A stretch of 64,000 nucleotides of DNA from an uncultured Acidobacteriota bacterium (GTDB taxonomy: Bacteria; Acidobacteriota; Thermoanaerobaculia; Gp7-AA8): positions 782,627 to 846,626 of the forward strand of contig CAWGEI010000005.1 in NCBI GenBank assembly GCA_963821585.1, written 5' to 3'. Each line of letters opens with the position of its first letter. Positions within the stretch are counted from its first letter, which is position 1. The notes under the pieces were generated by a model that was given only the letters and a program-made list of their open reading frames with translations, was not told the DNA's origin and did not search any database. Shown one piece after another: positions 60,044 to 64,000 of the stretch. The position numbers and the translations under genes were made by a program.

Positions 60044-60530
60044 TGGATAAGCAGCAACAACCTCCGAAAAGCGTCCGGTGCGACGTGCACGGACTGCGGT
60101 ACGACCCTGCCGTGTCCACGGGTTGCAGCCGCTGCCGCGACGCGGCGACGCCGCCCGCGGCGAAGCCTGCGCGGCGATCACCGTTCGCCCATCCTGCACT
60201 CCTGCCGGGCATGGTGGTGAGGCCGACCCGAGCGCTGTCGGCGGCCGGCGTCTGGTCAGCTTCACGCAGCCGCTGAGCAGACCCGTGACCCTCCATATCG
60301 ATCAATACCTCGTGCCCGGTCACGAACGCGCGTACGTCCTCACCACCACGGCGACCGCCGAAACGGTGGCGGACACACAGGGCCTCTTCCGGGATCTCGT
60401 CAACGGGTTCCACGTCCTCGAACGCCCTCGCCGCTCCCTCTCGATTCTCACGTCGAGCCTGGTAGGCGCCCTGACCGGCGCCGCGGTCTATTTGGTCGTT
60501 TTCCTTCTCGGCAAAATGCGGCGGAACTAG
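60044..60530 (+). CDS. Hypothetical protein, apparently split over two frames (zinc-ribbon-like N-terminus, hydrophobic C-terminal anchor)
   Basis: The frame from ATG 60044 (RCDVHG...GCSRCR) stops at 60276. The overlapping frame continues to 60530 and ends LVGALTGAAVYLVVFLLGKMRRN. Confidence 0.3.
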
Positions 60531-60539
60531 AATCCGGCC

Positions 60540-61679
60540 GTGCCGGGCCATTCCTTTCTGCCTCTGCGGAGGTTGACGCCGGTGCCCGACCCCTTCGCGC
60601 TGCGCGTCACCCAGGTGCGCGAGGGCAATCCGCGGGGATCCTACGTCGTCTATCACGCGTGCGCCGCCCGCCGCGCCCGCAACAACCTCGCCCTCGACTT
60701 CGCGAAGTCCCTCGGCAAGCGCGTAATCATGGCCGAATGGCTCGACGAGCCGCACCTCTCGCCGCGCATCGAGGCATTCCTCCGCGCAGGCGCGGAACGG
60801 ACGAAACGCGAGGCAGACGTCGAGTATCACTTCGAGCCCGATCGGTCGATCCTCGACGACGCGAAGTTCGTCGTCACCGATGAGTTTCCGACGCTTCCCA
60901 CGCCACCGCACGCGACGCACCTGTTCGACGGCAACGGCATCCTCCCCATGCGCGCGATGGAGAAGGAGCAATACTCCGCCCGCTTCTTCCGCGACAAAGC
61001 CTTCAAGCTCTTCGAGCATTTCTGGAGTGCGGAGGCAACGCCTCCGCTTTGGAATCCGCCCGCCGACCTGCGCGGCACCGGCATCTCGCCCAGACTCCAC
61101 TTCGGCCACCTCGGCATCCGCGAAGCCGTCGCCGCCGTCCTCCACCGGGACGACGCCGAGGGCTTCCTCGAACAGGCCATCATCCGCAGAGAGCTCTCCT
61201 TCAACCTCTGCTTCTACAACCCCCGCTACGCTTCCCTCGACGCCCTCCCCAACTGGGCGAAACAGACCCTCGACAAACACCGGCGCGACCGCCGCAAGCC
61301 GTCCTATACCGATGAAGAGCTGGAGCGCGCCGGCACACACGACGACGTCTGGAACCTCGCCCAGCGCCAGCTCCTCGAGACCGGCGTGATCCACAACTAC
61401 CTGCGCATGCTCTGGGGCAAGAAGATCATCGAGTGGAGCGAGACCCCCGAGGAGGCGCATGCGGCAATGGTGCGGCTGCACGACGTTTATGCGCTTGACG
61501 GTCGCGACCCGAACACGCACGCCGGCATCCTCTGGTGCTTTGGCAAGCACGACCGGCCCTGGGCGCCGGAGCGGCCCATTTTCGGCACGATCCGCTGGAT
61601 GTCGTCGGAGCAGACGCGCAAGAAGTTGAGGCTTGGGAAGGCCACGTTAGCCCTGAGCGCAGCCGAAGGGCCGACTTAG
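60540..61679 (+). CDS. phr: Class II CPD photolyase-like protein, shortened and with a repeat-derived segment
   Basis: The C-terminal FAD domain is well conserved (ISPRLHFG, IIRRELSFN, THDDVWNLAQRQL, HNYLRMLWGKKIIEW, YALDGRDPN, HDRPW). It lacks ~70-80 aa before ISPRLHFG. GTG start. Confidence 0.7.
   Translation: MPGHSFLPLRRLTPVPDPFALRVTQVREGNPRGSYVVYHACAARRARNNLALDFAKSLGKRVIMAEWLDEPHLSPRIEAFLRAGAERTKREADVEYHFEPDRSILDDAKFVVTDEFPTLPTPPHATHLFDGNGILPMRAMEKEQYSARFFRDKAFKLFEHFWSAEATPPLWNPPADLRGTGISPRLHFGHLGIREAVAAVLHRDDAEGFLEQAIIRRELSFNLCFYNPRYASLDALPNWAKQTLDKHRRDRRKPSYTDEELERAGTHDDVWNLAQRQLLETGVIHNYLRMLWGKKIIEWSETPEEAHAAMVRLHDVYALDGRDPNTHAGILWCFGKHDRPWAPERPIFGTIRWMSSEQTRKKLRLGKATLALSAAEGPT
61024..61050. 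repeat. Family B hairpin inside the photolyase CDS
   Basis: ggagtgcggaggcaacgcctccgcttt, translated as SAEATPPLW. Confidence 0.8.
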
Positions 61680-61778
61680 CAGCAACGCCGCATGGGCACG
61701 AAGCGCGGTGCACGTGCAGTCGCCTCTGGGAGCACGCCGCGTTGGTGCTAACTCGGCCCTTCGGCTTCGCTCAGGGCT
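61648..61778. repeat. Inverted-repeat element, family E copy 3
   Basis: tagccctgagcgcagccgaagggccgacttagcagcaacgc ... gcgttggtgctaactcggcccttcggcttcgctcagggct. It supplies the last ~10 codons and the stop of the photolyase gene. Confidence 0.85.
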
Positions 61779-61788
61779 GCGAGTCGCT

Positions 61789-62691
61789 TCACTCCTCGAA
61801 TCCCGCCAAGTCCTGCACCCACTGCGGCGTCCGCGGCTCTCCGTCGAAGAACCCCTTCGGAACGCCCCGCGTGATCGCCCACCGGTCCAACCAGGAGATC
61901 CCGCCCGCCCCCCGCCACCCGTCCCGCGACTGATACGCCGGATCCTCGAGCGCGCGCTCCAGCGTGATGAAGCGATGCCCCGCTTTCGCCAGCCGGTCCG
62001 CGAGCTTCCCGAACGCGTGCGCGTTCAACGCGTTCGCGTGGACGAGCAGCACCTGCCGGATCTCGCGGCCGAACAGCTTCTTCGCCTCCGCGTCGTGATA
62101 CGCGACCTTCGCCATCATGTAGTCGAGGTACGCGTCCACGACCTTCTTCTGCTGTGCGCCTTTCGCAAGCGCATACGCCCGTGCGAAGATCCACTCCGAG
62201 TTGTCGATCGTCACCGGCGCCACGGTATAGCCGCGTTTCGCGAGGAACGTGGCGATCCGCGCGCGGACCTCGTCCGTGCGCCCCGTGTGCAGGAAGGGAT
62301 GCCGGAAGTAGCGGAACGTCCCGCGATGGTGGCGGATCACCTCGCGCAACGGCGTCTCTCCTTTGACGATGTCCTCCTCGAACGCCTCGGCGCTCACGCG
62401 GTGCAGATCGGGATGCGAGTACGTGTGGTTGCCCAGCTCGAATCCCGCCTCCAGCCAGCGGTCGAGCAGCGCGACGTGCGCCGGCGACGCGAGCTTGCGC
62501 GTGTTCACCAGTCCCACCACCGGGATCTTGCGCGAGGTGAGGTGGCCGAGGAGGTCGCGCGTGACGCGCTGCTGCACGGCGATGGGATCGGAGGACGTGA
62601 CGATCGGGAGATCGTCGAACGTCACCGCGATCTCGGAGGCCGTCGCGGCAAAGGCAACAAACAGCAACAACGCCAGTCGTTTCATAGCCAT
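61789..62691 (-). CDS. Polysaccharide deacetylase (NodB homology) family protein
   Basis: Signal peptide. VTFDDLP, LGNHTYSHPDL, YFRHPFLHTG. Confidence 0.8.
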   Translation of the reverse strand: MAMKRLALLLFVAFAATASEIAVTFDDLPIVTSSDPIAVQQRVTRDLLGHLTSRKIPVVGLVNTRKLASPAHVALLDRWLEAGFELGNHTYSHPDLHRVSAEAFEEDIVKGETPLREVIRHHRGTFRYFRHPFLHTGRTDEVRARIATFLAKRGYTVAPVTIDNSEWIFARAYALAKGAQQKKVVDAYLDYMMAKVAYHDAEAKKLFGREIRQVLLVHANALNAHAFGKLADRLAKAGHRFITLERALEDPAYQSRDGWRGAGGISWLDRWAITRGVPKGFFDGEPRTPQWVQDLAGFEE

Positions 62692-62711
62692 CTCCCTAAG
62701 CCCTTCTCTCT

Positions 62712-62843
62712 AAGCCCTGAGCGCAGTCGAAGGGCCAATTTAGCAGTAACGCTATACGACCCCACAGGCGACCGCGCGCGCATCGCGCTTCGTGCAAACG
62801 CCGCCGTTGGTGCTAAGCCGGCCCTTCGGCTTCGCTCAGGGCT
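62712..62843. repeat. Inverted-repeat element, family E copy 4
   Basis: aagccctgagcgcagtcgaagggccaatttagcagtaacgc ... gttggtgctaagccggcccttcggcttcgctcagggct. Same orientation as copy 3. Confidence 0.85.
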
Positions 62844-63387
62844 GAGACCCAACGATCACGTAGCCGGTGAAGAGGTCCGTCGTCAGCATCGTCCAGGAGC
62901 TGAACAGCCCTCCGTACGAATGCCCGACGAGCGTGCGTTCGCTGGTCGTCCGATACGTGCGGTCGATCAGCGGGATCAGTTCGTCGCCCAGGAACTGCCG
63001 GAACTTCGGGCCGCCGCCGGAGTGCTTCTGGTACTCCGGCCCGTAGCCGCCGTCGGGCGTGTGCGTCGGTGTGTAGTCGCGCGTGCGATTCACGCGGTAT
63101 TGGTCTGGACCGTCGTACGCGATGCTGACGACGATCGCCCACCGCAGGTGGTCGCGGTCGGCGAGGTGCTCCACCACATTGCGCGCGACGGCGAACGAGT
63201 AGTCCGCGTCCAGCGTGTAGATCACCGGATAGCGCTCCTGCGATTTCTCGTAATCGCGCGGCAGGCTGACGTACAGCTTGTACGCGACGCCGTTGGACTT
63301 CGCGGTGACGTGCAGCGTCGTCGTGCGCGGCAGCGCGACCGGCTCCGCCGTCAGGACAGTGGCGAAGACCAGTGCCAGGACGTTCAT
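62836..63387 (-). CDS. Esterase-D/IroE-like alpha/beta hydrolase, C-terminally truncated at repeat E4
   Basis: YPVIYTLDADY and the nucleophile elbow GHSYGGLF are present. The ORF stops ~25 codons later (GYVIVGSQP*) inside the repeat, before the expected Asp/His residues. Confidence 0.6.
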   Translation of the reverse strand: MNVLALVFATVLTAEPVALPRTTTLHVTAKSNGVAYKLYVSLPRDYEKSQERYPVIYTLDADYSFAVARNVVEHLADRDHLRWAIVVSIAYDGPDQYRVNRTRDYTPTHTPDGGYGPEYQKHSGGGPKFRQFLGDELIPLIDRTYRTTSERTLVGHSYGGLFSSWTMLTTDLFTGYVIVGSQP

Positions 63388-63929
63388 CGGATCGACCCCA
63401 GCACGAGCTTCGCGTACTGCGTCGGCAGCGGCTTGCCCGAGGCGTGGAGCTCACGGACGCGGCGTGCGCCGAGGTTGTAGGCGACGAGCGCGGCGTCGCG
63501 GCCGCCGAAGCGGTTCATCTCCGCGCGCAGGTGCCGGAACCCGAGGCGGAGGTTGGTGCATTGCGCGAAGAGGTCTTCACGCGTCACGGTGGGATCCAGC
63601 CTGCGCGCCGTGGATGGCAGGATCTGCGTCAGCCCGATCGCGCCGCCGGCGCTCACGGCGTCCGCGCGGAAGTTGCTCTCCGCCTTCACCAGGCCGAACG
63701 CGAGGTCGACGTCGACGTCTTCGGCCGCCGCGGCCTCGATGATCGTCCGCGCGAGCTTCGGCGGGATGCCGTACGTATCGGCGTAGCGATCCGCCGTCCG
63801 TGGCACCGCCACGACGACGCTCGCGCAGGCGATCGCGACCACCGCCGCGATGGCAACGGGAGAGGGCGCCGTTCGGCGCACGCGCGGGTCGAGCAGCGCG
63901 AGCACGCGCCGTCCGACACCCGCGCGCAC
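63384..63929 (-). CDS. Lytic transglycosylase (SLT domain)
   Basis: AFGLVKAESNFRADAVSAGGAIGLTQILPSTA and VAYNLG motifs. N-terminal TM segment. The start could lie further upstream. Confidence 0.8.
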   Translation of the reverse strand: MRAGVGRRVLALLDPRVRRTAPSPVAIAAVVAIACASVVVAVPRTADRYADTYGIPPKLARTIIEAAAAEDVDVDLAFGLVKAESNFRADAVSAGGAIGLTQILPSTARRLDPTVTREDLFAQCTNLRLGFRHLRAEMNRFGGRDAALVAYNLGARRVRELHASGKPLPTQYAKLVLGSIR

Positions 63930-64000
63930 CAGACGGGCCGCGAGCTCCGCGGGAGCGATGCCCGAGGTAACGACGGCGTCGTCGCACGCGCGCTCGCTCT

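Overview
High-GC bacterial chromosomal segment. The gene content (an ADOP-type duplicated FtsX permease, several ECF sigma/anti-sigma pairs, many secreted TPR proteins) fits an Acidobacteriota-like organism, but that is inference only. I call about 64 protein-coding genes, mostly housekeeping: purE, purD, purN, purM, pyrF, polX, fabH, hslO, speA, metH, prfC, arcA-arcC, truA, thiL, and the ffh / rpsP-KH-rimM-trmD-rplS-rnhB cluster. I saw no rRNA, tRNA, CRISPR array, transposase, integrase or phage structural gene. Four things stand out. (1) At least seven families of GC-rich palindromic or nested-hairpin repeats fill most intergenic spacers. Several copies lie in frame inside coding genes (trmD, a GT-C-like membrane protein, a DUF2079-like protein, a photolyase) or supply the 3' ends of genes. 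(2) A lower-GC HipA-like kinase plus DUF3037-like pair is wedged between ffh and rpsP. This is my best candidate for an uncharacterised toxin or conflict system. (3) An AhpE-like peroxiredoxin has an in-frame TGA exactly at the peroxidatic-Cys position, making it a candidate selenoprotein. It sits next to a Cys-form member of the GrdB selenoprotein-B family. (4) Many single-base indels interrupt otherwise well-conserved genes: about 19 in speA, one each in fabH, metH, arcC and a DUF971 gene, and a compensating pair in prfC. This looks more like consensus error than evolutionary decay, but it needs read-level checking. All family assignments come from motif recognition by eye; no searches were run.
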